From positions 32,550,001-32,614,000 of the forward strand of contig OZ365110.1 of NCBI GenBank assembly GCA_977030845.1: a stretch of 64,000 bases of DNA, read 5' to 3'. This DNA comes from Fimbriosthenelais zetlandica (lineage: Eukaryota). Positions 25,901 through 38,500 of the stretch are shown here, piece by piece (position 1 is the stretch's first letter; every line of letters starts with the position of its first letter). Made by a program: the position numbers and the translations under genes. A model generated the notes under the pieces. It saw nothing but the letters and a program-made list of their open reading frames with translations, made no database searches and was not told the DNA's origin.

Positions 25901-28900
25901 AAATAGATTTATATCAAAGCCTACCTGAATCTATGTTGAGGATAGTAGAGGTGGACACCATCTTTATATTTGCCTCCACCAAAATCCTGATCTAGATTAG
26001 CTAAAGCTTTCCCTGCTAGCAGGGAGAGGGCCAGGTCTGAGGATGTCAACCATTCTGACAGTATCGTTACCCACCCTGTCAATGGAAAAAAATCCAAATA
26101 TGAACACAGATAAATTGGCATCAAATATCAGATATATAATACAAAAGTTCCAATTTTCAAGGCTTAATAATAGGGTATAGCTCCACTGCATTATCTGCCG
26201 CATGTGTAACTGCACTAGTAGGGGCTTGCTATTTGCTAGGGGTGGCAGTTAAAGCCATAGAAAAGTCAGCCACAGCTGCAATAAATCGCAACGCTCGCAA
26301 AGCAAATGAACCCCAGTACAGCAACCCCATGAACCAATTCTAAGGATTTGTAAATTTTGTGAATGGAAATGCATGAATGTGCCCCAAACTTGTCCGTGCA
26401 AAAAGCACGGAAAATAAATCGATCAAAAAAAACATTACTTACCCGCATTAAGGATATTAGAGTGCATCTCGTCATGTAGAGCTATATTTGAGATGATTCG
26501 TGCTATATTACGGCAGACCTTGATGTTGCAATGCCCTCTGTTTAGGTATATTCTCTGTAGAACTTGTAAACCATCATTCTGTACAATCTCAGGACAATGA
26601 CTTGAAACCTGCATGAATATGCAAACATTTTTTTTAACACGGAACGAAACATTTTGTATTTCTTGTATTCATGTTGTTAATATTAATATTGGGAAAAAGG
26701 GGGATGGTTGCAGTGGTCATAAATCAGGCCTAGAAATCAGTGTTGTAAAGGATATCTACTATTTTCAGGCACCACTGATGGCCAATCCATTCACTTATTC
26801 AATGAAAAGGGTAAAAGTCAATCTGACAACCAGACCTATTCATCTTCCATCGTATTCGATTTGTTTCAATGATATTTTGACATAAAGTCATATGTACATC
26901 TATACACATGTACATGTATGAATTTCAAATAAAGAATAACATTTACGTAATTTTGAAGAAGGATATTTACCTTAGAATGAGAAAATAAAGCGTGAAGACA
27001 GAATGAGATAACTCTAGACGAGGTAGACTCAGTAACGGTAGGAACAAGTCTCATCAAACCATTGCCGTCAAAACTCCAGATGCTCTCCTATAGACAAAAC
27101 AAGAAAATATACCTTAGACAACTTTAGATATACATGTACACACATTTATATACACAGGAGGGCAGGGGCGCCACCGACCTGAGACTGCATGGGGCAACTT
27201 AACATGTTTAGGAATTGATTTCTCTTTACTGAGATATCAGCCAACTATAATTTGTAGTGAAATCAAGGTCAGAACTACGTAGGAAAATAACTTTATACCA
27301 AGTGTTTTTCATCCCTTTAACACTCTGTCTTTCAGATGTCTCACGAAAATAGCATTGCTATGCCATTTATTACGACACTGGCCCAAAAATTGTGGCATGG
27401 TTAGTTGAGAATTTTTCATTATCAAGAATCTTCTGATATAGAATCTTACCCTTTCTTCTGGGGGAATTTTCCCCTCAGCGAGAGCTTGTGATGTGAAGTA
27501 GTTGGTACATTTGTCTATACCTGTTGTTGGCATAACGGCTAATAGACGGCGCAGTTCATCCTCCTCGAGTTCCTGATACGATTCATTGAAATATTTTTCA
27601 TGTCAAAAATATTAATTGCTCTTTCCTGGTTTATTAAAGTTATCCTTGCTGGAGATTTATAAGTAGTGTAATGAGTTTGTGAAACTTTCAAAAGTTATTA
27701 ATATGATTTTTTTTACCAGCAGAAAAATGCTTACAAACATCTGAGATATTTTCTAGTTCTTTTCAGAGCAATCTGAAAACGTACTTCTTTCTGAAGCTGT
27801 TTTAGATGGAAAATAAAAAAATTACTAATAGGAATATTTTAAAATTTAATGTATTTCTCACCACTTCCGGAGGGAGTGGGGGAGGAGCCAGGAAGAACCG
27901 CCGGTCAACCCCTGAAGACCGTGCCAGTCCAACCAGTGTTCTCTTATCACAGGCCTGGGCCACCGCCAAGTATTGGGCATCTGAAGTGGATACAAGGAAA
28001 ATCTATTGTAATATCAGAAGGCAGTTTCTCTAAATAATACCTGTATTATACCTACCCATTCACTCCTCAAATACTAGCCTTATCCATTCACTCATTAAAT
28101 TCGAGCCTTGTCTATCCCACCCTGAAATTCTAGCCTTATCCATTCGTTCATTACATTCTAGCCTTATCCACTCACTCAATAAATTCTAGCCTTATCCATT
28201 CATTCATTCCATTCTGCCAATAACCATAAACTTATTACATTTTGAAATGTTATATCCTAGACGGCGGCAACTGTAAATGGTTGATAATAAATCATTCTAT
28301 ATACGTAGCATAATGATAACTCATGTAATATCTCACCAAACCAGTGTTTCTGTGCAGCCAGAGCTTGGACACCCAGTAGTCGGACGCTGTGCTGGTCAGA
28401 CTGGGCGAGGCGGAGCAAGGTATGAGGATCATGACTCCACGATTGGAGCCGTGAAAGGCAAAATCCTGAAATATCATAGTTGAATTCAAAATAATTTACG
28501 ACTTTAGAGTCGGATTCAAAATAATTTACAACTTTTGGATTGGATCCCTGCATCATATAAATCACTGGCCGACGAGTTGATTGGTTTCTATGAATTAGTG
28601 AGTGAATTAGTGAGCGAGTGATTAGTGAGTGAATGAACATACAATTTTCTCATGACTCCAACGTCAGCTAATGGTTCTTTTATATGCATCTCACCACAGC
28701 TATTTGCATTAAATCTAACTTATTAGGGAGTTTTAAATCAGAAATAGAAATTTACTATTTCCTGAATACTTGAATTTTTAAGTGAAGTAATAGAAATTTA
28801 CTCACTCTTTCTTTCTCCAGATTTGAGGTAACCGTTGGAGTTATTTTTGTTCTGGTGTGAGAACGTGTCCGCTCCCTCTTGTGTTGAGTTCACGTAAATG

Positions 28901-29553
28901 TAATCTCCATTCCATGATAATTTCTCTCTCTCTAGTATATCAGAATGGGAAAGTCCACCTAGGGACTCATTTATGTTGGCAGATTGGTAATAGAGGATAA
29001 TCCCACTGAAAGAGTTGTATTTGTATTAAAAACGGACTGATTTTTTTTCTTCCTGTAAACAGCGATACAGTTATTGATTTCCATATAATCCTTACTGTCT
29101 CTATGTAATACAAACCTTGTTCCATTTTTGTTCTTTCTCTGCAAATATATGGTCCCCTATATGTATTGTGATATGTATGTAGATAAGTCCGCAATAAAGT
29201 TCGTTCATTTATTCATCCATTCATTCATTCTTACGACATATCAGGATGTTTTCATTTTGGTTTTTACTATGCTAAAGCAGCTAAACATCCTATATTGCAT
29301 TTATCTTAAAATTTATCAAAATAACTGAACTGCTTACCCAGTGGCGGCGCTGAAAAGAATTGCTGAAGTACCACCAACTGTAGAAAAAAAATATAAGATT
29401 TAGATCTGGGCATTCAAATGAACTAGCCTGGGCTACATGTATAATCCAAAATGGACCTAAAAGTCAGGATTTAGCACACATACTCAGCCTTCTTTTGATT
29501 TTGCGGTGAACTCCTGAATATCGACGACAGAAAATATATAAGCGAGGATGCAT
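22933..29553 (-). CDS. SERAC1: Serine active site-containing protein 1 (phosphatidylglycerol remodelling alpha/beta hydrolase); 15 coding exons, 729 aa
   Basis: Exons (minus): 29553-29484, 29377-29338, 29005-28806, 28465-28337, 27980-27862, 27572-27450, 27087-26971, 26608-26443, 26075-25925, 25644-25293, 25124-25024, 24712-24615, 24214-24032, 23737-23594, 23129-22933. Phases are consistent (730 codons). Motifs: [55 protein letters not shown], nucleophile elbow [33 protein letters not shown]. The N-terminal exon assignment is less certain than the catalytic domain. Confidence 0.93.
23874..24020. mobile_element. Right-hand part of the same TA-flanked MITE family
   Basis: Matches 15085-15228 and ends TATACACCGGCAAGTACGG-TA. 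Confidence 0.8.
24292..24423. other. Assembly gap (N run) inside a SERAC1 intron
   Basis: 132 N preceded by GGGTGAGT-type repeats. The flanking exons join in phase, so no coding exon is needed in the gap. Confidence 0.97.
28074..28218. repeat. ~29-bp minisatellite in a SERAC1 intron
   Basis: Repeated CTAGCCTTATCCA(T/C)TC..TCA.TA.ATT units, about 4-5 copies. Confidence 0.8.
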
Positions 29554-30105
29554 GACGTAACAATCAATCTCCAATTTATTTATCTGCAAGCAAGAAGAAA
29601 ATAGCGACCTAAATAAGAATTTTTGCAGACAATATGATCGGCTCCTTACCCCCGGGCGGACACACAGGGATGGATATTTTATCTGGCTGCTTTGGTGTCA
29701 TGCTTTTCCCATTTACATTAATTAACTAATGAAGCCCTAATATACATTTCAGGTTTATTGAAAGGGACCTTGGCGTTTTTTAGATTTCACTCCTTTTAAT
29801 CATGTGCAAAGTTATTTCTGCAAAAAATACACAAAACAATTATTTATGATCAATTCGAAATTGGGCATCTTGGCCAGTATACCCAGCCCTATACAGCTAA
29901 AGATGACTCAGATGTAATAGGCCTACTCTCACTCTGTCTATCATCACATCAGTGTCAGTGACTGAGTCTGAATGCATTCTGCTCATCTCTCATTCTAAAC
30001 CTCTGATTCCCTTCCTTACGAAAATACCACAGTAAGTTACGATAGGATGTTACTGATATACAAGCAAAATATCTAGGCTCGACAATGCCTCATTATTGTG
30101 CTTAC

Positions 30106-30200
30106 TTACACTTAAATCCCTACTTTGAATCACTCGTCTTCGTCCTTCTACGCCATGATGTAAACATGGCCACTTCCGGCGTAGTTCACCAATCAGCCGC
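30106..30200 (-). promoter_or_regulatory. Probable SERAC1 promoter and non-coding first exon
   Basis: CpG-rich patch with an ETS motif (CCGGAAGTG on minus, 30171-30179) and a CCAAT box (30189-30193). The exon ends at a GTAAG donor at 30105, and an acceptor at 29584 precedes the ATG exon. Confidence 0.55.
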
Positions 30201-30749
30201 TCGAGGCTATGGCAGTAGTGTCGCTGGTGGGCGCATCAGGGCCTTCTGCATTTTCCTAAAGTTTGTAGTTAAAACTTGTGTTAAAAAGGGGGACTTCCAC
30301 CATTGCGATAGGAAACTAAGATAGCATCAATATTAGGTTATGTAATAGAGAAAACACCAAAATGCTTAGGCCCACTTTGAGACGGAGTATCTGTCCCGGT
30401 GAGCTCGCTGGGAGGACGAGGATCTCACCATCGAGCAAAAATCGATGGTAAGCCTACCATAGGCCTACTTCATCCTTCTGCCGATAGTCTTGAGGCAAGA
30501 CACTGACGTGTAGCGTGATCGACCGGGGTTCAATTCTCAGTCGATTCAAACCTTTTTGTGCTCGGCCGACACATTTATATGTTGACTGTGAGCCTTCTTC
30601 TGCGACCTCACCGAGCACACCTAGCGCCACCTTTACGACCTGGCGGGAACCAAGCTATGTTTGCTGCTGCTATCTAAAAGATCCCCTCCCAAATGAACAC
30701 TACTCAGCTATATATGTGTACTGATCCAGCAGCGAAAAGGGATTTATAA

Positions 30750-30813
30750 GACAGGGAATTGAACCCCGGTCTCTGGCGTTGCAGTCCAGCGTCTTACCTC
30801 TAGACTACCTGGC
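30750..30813 (-). pseudogene. tRNA-like pseudogene or SINE head (anticodon GCA, Cys-like)
   Basis: GCCAGGTAGTCTAGAGGTAAGACGCTGGACTGCAACGCCAGAGACCGGGGTTCAATTCCCTG has recognisable D, anticodon and T arms, but the acceptor stem does not pair. Confidence 0.55.
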
Positions 30814-30908
30814 TGACACCCTTATAGGTTAGCCTACACCCCATCAAATTTAGCCTGAACCTCTGCTCGATCACTATATACATAATACGGGTTAGAAGTG
30901 TTTAAACA

Positions 30909-30975
30909 TGGATCCAAAGGGGTTTCGATCCCAAGACCTTTGGGTATCAAACCCAATAGCCTACCATCTGAGCAA
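30909..30975 (-). pseudogene. tRNA-like pseudogene or SINE head
   Basis: TGCTCAGATGGTAGG, a perfect TTGGG-loop-CCCAA stem, and GGGATCGAAACCC. No acceptor stem. Confidence 0.5.
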
Positions 30976-32253
30976 ACAAGGCATACATAATCCAACCATT
31001 TCCCAACAAGCTTTTTATCTAATCCAAGGTAAAGCTCCCGGCTATAGCTCTCCCGATCTGCTGCTGCGACATCTGCTGCTGTTGTTCGTTAAATTATGAG
31101 GAACAGCCAGAAAACCAGTTTGTGAATAATTAGTACAAAGTCTTTAGGGCATCGGGCGTGATTTGAGGCTTCACTGGAGACTGGTTAAAGAATAAGGCGC
31201 CAAAAGGGAAAACGCATTGTCCCAACTCGAGCTTTTCCTTTGTTGTTTTCGGCCGTAATAACAACTCAGGGAAAAGCTCTCATGTGTAACCCCTAAGTAG
31301 CTTATGTAGTACGCTACATGTAAATATGAAAAAATCGAGACGGCTGTTATTACGTCCCAAAACAACTCAGGGAAAAGCTCTCGTGTATGTAGCTTATGTA
31401 GTACATGTAATATAATGAAAAAATTGAGACAGAAATAATACATGGATGGTATTTTATTTTCAATAAAGGCAATTTAAGTTAAGCACCATACCTTTATCAA
31501 CGAACAAATTCCAATCAAAGTCACATGTACATCCACAGTAATACTTTATACATTTAGTCAAGTACCGTGAACAGCACAGCATTTTCTTTTTCTTTTCGAT
31601 ACTTTTGTTTAAATATTACATTTGCAGGCATACCTTTCCCATGTTCATTTGGCAGGCCTTTTTATTTGAACTTAGTGTTTAAATATCGACTCTTTCTTCG
31701 TTTCCCAATGAAGACTATACTAAATATTGAATACACCGGTTACAAGAAGTGATTATAAAGTAGTTTCTTCTTTAAATAAATACAATACAAAATTCACAAC
31801 CTAAATAGAAGACTCGGTATTTTTTATTTCTAGCCTGGAAGAAATGTTTAGTTCATTTACCATCTGACATTACGGACGCTTTTGTGGAATATAGGATTGG
31901 TTTCAGTCTATCTAGAACAATTTTACCTCTCAGGAAATTTGGATTTTTCATTCCCCAAAACGTTTTCCCTGTTGACTACAGCAGTTGACTACAAATTTTT
32001 TATTCCCGTCATCCTAACCCCTTCAACATTCAAAGATCATGCGATGGTCTTTAATCATGAAATAAATTATAATTAACTCAGCTAAAAAACAACTGTTGTC
32101 GTAGGTTTCTCGTTCATTATTTTCCCACAAAAACTCCCGGAACAAATCATTTCCCATTCTTCATTCCATACCCACATCACAGACAAAGATGGCACGTCCA
32201 TAAATCCTATACAAGCAGTCGATGAATTAGCTCAGTGTTTTTAGTGTAACAAA

Positions 32254-32616
32254 GGGGCCTGATCCACTAAGGTTTTAAGTGGTCCCAGGAGCTATCTTAG
32301 GCCCTTAAGACATGTCGCAGGACAAAGATCAATTTGAAATTGACCTTTGCAGCGGAAGCATGACAGACTTGTCAGTCTTTTTATCCAATGGTTTTATCCA
32401 AATTTTTCTTTAAAACCAGTCTATATGTAATTCTTAAGGACTGTCGTAGGCCCTTAAGACATGGCTTAGCAGTAAATATTGTCCGTCTTTACTGCAAAGG
32501 CCTTACGATGCTAAATTTATATTGATAAATTCTGTAGTTTGAATATAATATGCACGCAGTTTGAATATATATGCATGGTTGTCGTAAGACCCTTAAGATC
32601 CTGAGTGGATCAAGCC
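32254..32616. mobile_element. CTTAAG-rich MITE, possibly PIF/Harbinger-type
   Basis: Imperfect TIRs GGCCTGATCCACTAAGG..TTAAG and CTTAAGATCCTGAGTGGATCAAGCC, with internal CCCTTAAGAC repeats. Related sequence occurs at 35057-35479 and about 55846-55900. Confidence 0.7.
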
Positions 32617-35056
32617 TAAAACTAACCCCCAATTACAATATTGGATTCGATCCAGCAATCTTGCTTGATTTTTTAAAGTCCCTTAAATTTTGAAACGAAT
32701 ACGGATTATTATAATATTCACCATCATTTTAGTCTAAATTAGGACAGTCAATACAGCAGTCTTTAGTTTGGCTGGTTTCCACCTATTTTTGAGGGGAAGC
32801 ATGATTAAACCGAGACATCAAATTCCTGTACCACAAAAAACACATTCAAGACATCTGTCCTAGTCTTTAACTTGGACTCTGTTCTGATTATGGCAGTTCA
32901 GAATTTTAGAAATTCTAATTAGCTATGGAAATTTGAAACCGAACACATCAACACCAGTCATTTTCTAAACAAAATACAGTAAAATCAGCAATAGAAATTT
33001 GGTGAAAAGATACAAACTTTGAATAATTGAAACGAGAATTTTAGTACCGTATAGATTGCAACTACGTGCACATCAGTGCAGTCACACATGGGAATTTGAG
33101 CTCCTGTACAATCTGCTACTTTCAATTTCGGCCTGGAAAGCGAAACTTGATTGAAATTCTTTTTTTTTTCAAATTGCTTTCGATTTTGTTTCAATACATA
33201 GGAATAAGCCCTTTACAGTGGCTTATAGTGTGCAGATTTTCTACGACGGAATAGACAGACTATATTTAACCCCATATACAACGCAATAAGCTACACTACC
33301 ACACACTTCACCTTGTATGTAAAAAAACAAAACAAAAAAAAACAAATTTTCAACTACAAACTTGGTGCAAAATTCTCTTTGGTCAAGTGATACCAAAGTA
33401 GAAATCATAGAAGGGAATTTTCATTGACATACTAGGATGCATGTAAATCGAACAGGTTCCATATTTGAAGGGCATATGCTATTATCTTTTTATTATAGAC
33501 TGAGAAATAGATTTCATGCTAATAAGATTTAGAATCTGAGAAGAATTTGAAGAAAAGTTTACTTATTTCCCCCATGGGGTGCATGTCTGGCAGTGAATTG
33601 TTTTTCAGTTTGGGTGGGGGAAACTATATTGGATGACAACTGAAAACAGGATAAAAAAAAATAATTTTCAAAACTTTGATGTCATCACAGATTTAAAAGA
33701 TAAGTCATCTCACCGGTTTTTATAACATTAAGTTTTAACAAAGTGCTTGGGGTTGTTACATAATAAATTTGAGCTACATTACCCAATGTTAAGTCTATGG
33801 GTTAATGCAGAGCCTTTTTTAACAGGACCCTGTAAAGTTTGATTTTTAACCAACTTCTATATTAATCGGAGATCATTGCATCACAAGAATCACCAGCCTT
33901 CTTCAGACTCACCGGGATTAGATTGGTACATAAATTTCGGATGGTTGACCATATGTGGAAATTTTCAATCGCCATAATTGGCCCAATGTATATGCACATG
34001 CAATTAGTTCGGGAATGGGACACCAACCTGAGTTCGAATCCCCGTCTGGACCGTCACATATTTTAAATGGTTTAATTTTTGTTAGGTACCAAATCATTGG
34101 ATTTTCTGACATTTCAGTGAGCTTGTTGAACCAGACCCAGGGTATCAATTCAAACTTCCAGAATTTAGCCAATATTTCGGACCAAATTTTTTCAGAAAAG
34201 CAATCTGAACGGACTGCACACATGCCATATACAATGGTACTCTGACGATTTGATATATATGTTATCATAATAGTTATTATTTAAGTTTATCGAGATTATA
34301 ATAACACTATAAAGTGTAAATTACATATTTAAGTACTAGAACACACACACGCACAAAAATTGATTGCATCTCAAGACAGCATAGCACATCGAATTTTCCA
34401 TTTAAAAGTTTTCAAGAGGAAAGTGGAAAACGGAGGGGGTCCGTATATAGAGAAACAATGGGCAAATTATTTCTTTGAACCATTTTCTCAGGTGCCTTTG
34501 GTGCTTTTATAACAATCTAAATATTTGTTGTCCCTTAAATTATAAATAAAACCCCTAAATAATTGATTTAAGAATGGCAAGAAATGTGAGAGGCATCTAT
34601 GACAAAATGTGGGCTTATAAATGCTGTATGGTTAAAATTAAGAGAAAAAAAAGAAGGAAAAAAAATGTTCAAAGGAGCACGTGACTGTATGAATTGTAGA
34701 TTGGACGAGACTAGATCTCCAAGTACAGTGGAGTCCCACTTAACGACCACCTCACTAAAGCGACCATCGCACAATGCGACCGGTGAATGGACAGAACAAA
34801 GTTTTGAAACTCTCAATACTCTTTTAAATTTAAGTAGATGACAAAATATTTATAGATGGGAGGTATATCAATAATGGGAACTATATCCCATCTAAATTAC
34901 ACTCCCGAAGTAGTATCATCCAAGAAAGTTCTCTTGGAAATTTACTCACTTTAAGTTGTTCTAAAATTAAATTAATTTTCTTGAAAATAAATTATCCCTG
35001 ATATAAGTTTACTCGATTTAGATAGGTCTAAGTACTTATCCAAGCGAGACTAAAAA

Positions 35057-35479
35057 GGGACGATTTTCATGAGGTCTTAAGGGCATAAGGCAACTTAAAT
35101 GAATGATAAAACAATTGATATTATACCCCCAAAAAATGTGACTAATTTTATGAGGTGACCATAGGATGCTCATTCTACTGGAGTCCGCAGATTTCTCTTC
35201 TAGATTCCCTGTCTTAAGAGCTGTCGTATGCTCTTAAGTCCCTCAGTGAATTTAAAACATCAAAATCCATGTACTTCCTTAGTAGAATGAGTACAATTTC
35301 CACAGGAGGAAAGAAATGGAAGATATTTCGGTGGAAAATGATATTGCGGCCGGAAAATATTTCGGTGGGAAAAAATGATAAATTTTGGAAATAAGTACAA
35401 AAATGTCCCTTTGCAAAACGTCAAACTGAGGAAAACTTAAGGACCACCTACGCCCTTAAGACCTCAGGGAATCGCACCC
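35057..35479. mobile_element. CTTAAG-rich MITE, possibly PIF/Harbinger-type
   Basis: TIRs GGGACGATTTTCATGAGGTCTTAAGGGCATAAGG and CCTACGCCCTTAAGACCTCAGGGAATCGCACCC. Confidence 0.75.
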
Positions 35480-35597
35480 TTAATTGAATGATGATTCTGC
35501 ATACATATTATAACCCCACTGACTACAATTGGCTACTCATACACATTATGGACTGTGATAAATAGGGAAATAGAGGAGCGGAGTAGAGAGGTGGGAT

Positions 35598-38500
35598 TTA
35601 GGCTGAGAGAGGTAGGAGAGACTTGGGTGGACCTAGAGGGTGAGGGTTGTAGGTGATGAGCAGGTCTAGTAGACGTTGGAGGTGCTCGCACGAGTCGTTA
35701 CTCGTGTAGAGCTCCTTCTCCACACTGCCGGGTTGCACTTCTCGTGTGTCCACTAGCAGCAGTTGCTTGAGGGCTTGTACGGCAGTCTTCACAGTCATAA
35801 CGTTTGAACTCTCAACTAGGGACAGAAAATAGTGTACATTAGCATTGGTGAATACATTTTAAATATAATGAAAAGTGAACATTTCAAAAGATTTTTCTAG
35901 GTAATTTTGACATGGCTGGTCATGACAATGACAGACATGTCTGATGACAATGGCAGAGACATTGGACATGACACTGGTCATGGCCGATACATGGCTGGTC
36001 ATGGCCAAGACAAGGCTGGTCATGGCGGAGACATGGGTGGTCATGGCCAATACATGGCTGGAGACTGGATGGTTATGGCAGACATAGGCACTTGCAGGCA
36101 TGACTGCTCATGGCAGACATGACTGCTCATGGCAGACATGGCTACTCATGGCATCCATGGCATAATAGGAGGCATGGCTGGACTTTGCATGCCTCTCACA
36201 AACTGGCTAACTTACCACAGGCAGCTACTTTAGCCTTGACTCGGTCTAGTAGGATATTGTGAGTGGATTTGATGAAGTCCACCTCTGTTTTGGGAGTAGA
36301 GACAAGGTAGGTGGCTTCTAGTATAACCACGTAGTAGGTCTCCATCAGTGGTGCGAGGACCGAGTGAAGAAAACGTAGGCGAGAAAGGGCCAGCCGGTCT
36401 GTCTCAATCTGTGACATTCATAAAGTATAGTAAGTTACATAAAACCTCCAGAAAATAGCAAATTTAGGACCGAGAAGTAGGACCAAAATAGGAATCACAA
36501 AGGAGAAATAATAACAAAATAGGAAGAAATGATATAAATTTATATATATCAATGAAAAATGTATACACAAATTTAATTTTCCATTCAAATGTAACAATTG
36601 AATGATTATTGATTTGTTCGACTAATATGTTTAGGAACATTTGGTGTGAGTATCAAGACAATCTAAGACTAAGTGTGTGGACCATTTGGTGGCATGGACT
36701 GACCCATTATAAAACACTCACCATGTAAATGGTATCAGGGACACGTTCCTCCTCGTCCTCTTCATCAGACTGACAGTCAATGGTTCTAGAAAACCGCTCA
36801 GTCCACTGTTTTTCAGCAGAAGTAGATTCCTACAAGTTAAAAAAACAAGTTTTTGTCCATTCTTACAAGTAGAGATAAAAATGTTTACTACTCGCAGCAA
36901 ACATTGGCGCCACTTTTTAAGATAATTTCCTAATTCATTGAAAATCCTTTTCACATATTGAATTTTTTTATGCAAACAAAATAGTTTTTGAAAAGATGTG
37001 TAAGTTAAAAAATGCATTCAATTTATATAAGGGATGCATCGATATTAGCCTTAAGTTAACAAATTATGCTATAATAAATTTATGGACAAGTTGCGTTGTA
37101 TTTTGATTTATTGAAGCACTTACTGCGTCAACTGAAATGATCTCCCAGATTAAGAATCTGTCGATGGCGGATTCAATTATAACATCAAGAGATCCACACG
37201 GCTGGAATAGAAGGAAGTCAATACTTAATATAAGTACAAATTATATACAGTGAAGTGACAACTCCTTTAGATTTGTCAGATCCTTCTGATGTAAACGCAC
37301 TTTATAAAATAGATGCACGAAAAAACTGAGAAGAGACTTACAAACATGTCTTGGACAGTTACTTAGGAGATCTTTCAAAGAGCGTTCATTATAAACAAGT
37401 GAGTATATAAAAACTCAAAATATTTTTGGTCTAATATTCGGTTTGTTTGAAAAATACATTGAAAACTCTCCTGTCAATTAAGAGAAATCTTTCTTACCGG
37501 TTTCAGGACAAACTCGACATGAAGAAGGTGGATTAAGTGAGTGGCAGCAACAACAAGTTCTGATTTTTTGAGCACAGGTTTCTTATCACTGTTATACATG
37601 GCTGGCCAGTCCTGGGCTTCCAACTCGGAAATCACACAAAGAGCTGTAAATCAAAGAATGTTATTTCATGTATTATTTTGAAGAATGAATGGAGAAAACG
37701 CGATACAATGCGAGTCCATTAGAACAAATGGCCACATGTAAGAAATAAGAAGATGTGTCTGGGTTTCTTTTGAGTTTCGACAAGACATTTTATTTACACC
37801 AATACCATGGATACGTGCATTTGCATTTCCTTCAACGATTTGTTGCATGAAGTAATAAAAAAAAACAATTGTTGTTCAAAATGACCATGCCCACCGTCAA
37901 AATATATCCCTACCCTTGACAAAACAAGAATATTGTTTAAGAATTGTGTTTAATCGTATATCTCACCTAATATGCTATCTAGTGCGAAATCAGGGACGAC
38001 ACCATTAGCGTAGTAAGACAGTTCCATGGTTTGGTGAATATTGGTGACGGGCTGAACAAAGAGAGCCGAGGGATTGTTGTTCTGATCTCCATGATGCCTA
38101 AACCAATAAAAATACAACCAGTAATGTGTGAAAATATGAGTTCAATGGAAACAAATAATAAACACTATATTGGACGGGGTTGACCAGTCCTAGTAATGTC
38201 CTCTTTTTGCTGAGTGCCAAGCGAGGGAGCCACTAGTCCCATTTTTTTCAGTCTGTGGTATGACCCGGCCGCGGTTTGAACCGGCGACATTCCACACACG
38301 GGGCAGACACTATAAAGACTACACCACCGTGGTGGTCCGAGAATAGTGATGTTCAACTTTATTTAAAAGAGAAAGTTTACCTTTTCTTGACGCCTTCTTT
38401 GGCCTTGACGGTGACGAGATGCTCCCCGAGCAACTCGCAGGCGTGGAGGACGATATCGTGATGTTCACCACTGAATCCCACGTCCCGACCACGGTTAGCT

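Noticed and set aside
28655-28735. Extra SERAC1 exon (..[12 protein letters not shown]..)
   Set aside because: Its phases do not fit, and exons 29005-28806 and 28465-28337 join directly in frame.
30750-30975. Two functional tRNA genes
   Set aside because: The acceptor stems do not pair, so these are treated as SINE heads or pseudo-tRNAs.
33918-34268. Overlapping ~100-aa ORFs on both strands
   Set aside because: There is no recognisable domain or splice context; probably a transposon remnant.
35859-36122. Gly/His-rich repetitive ORFs
   Set aside because: These are translation artefacts of the intronic 21-bp minisatellite.
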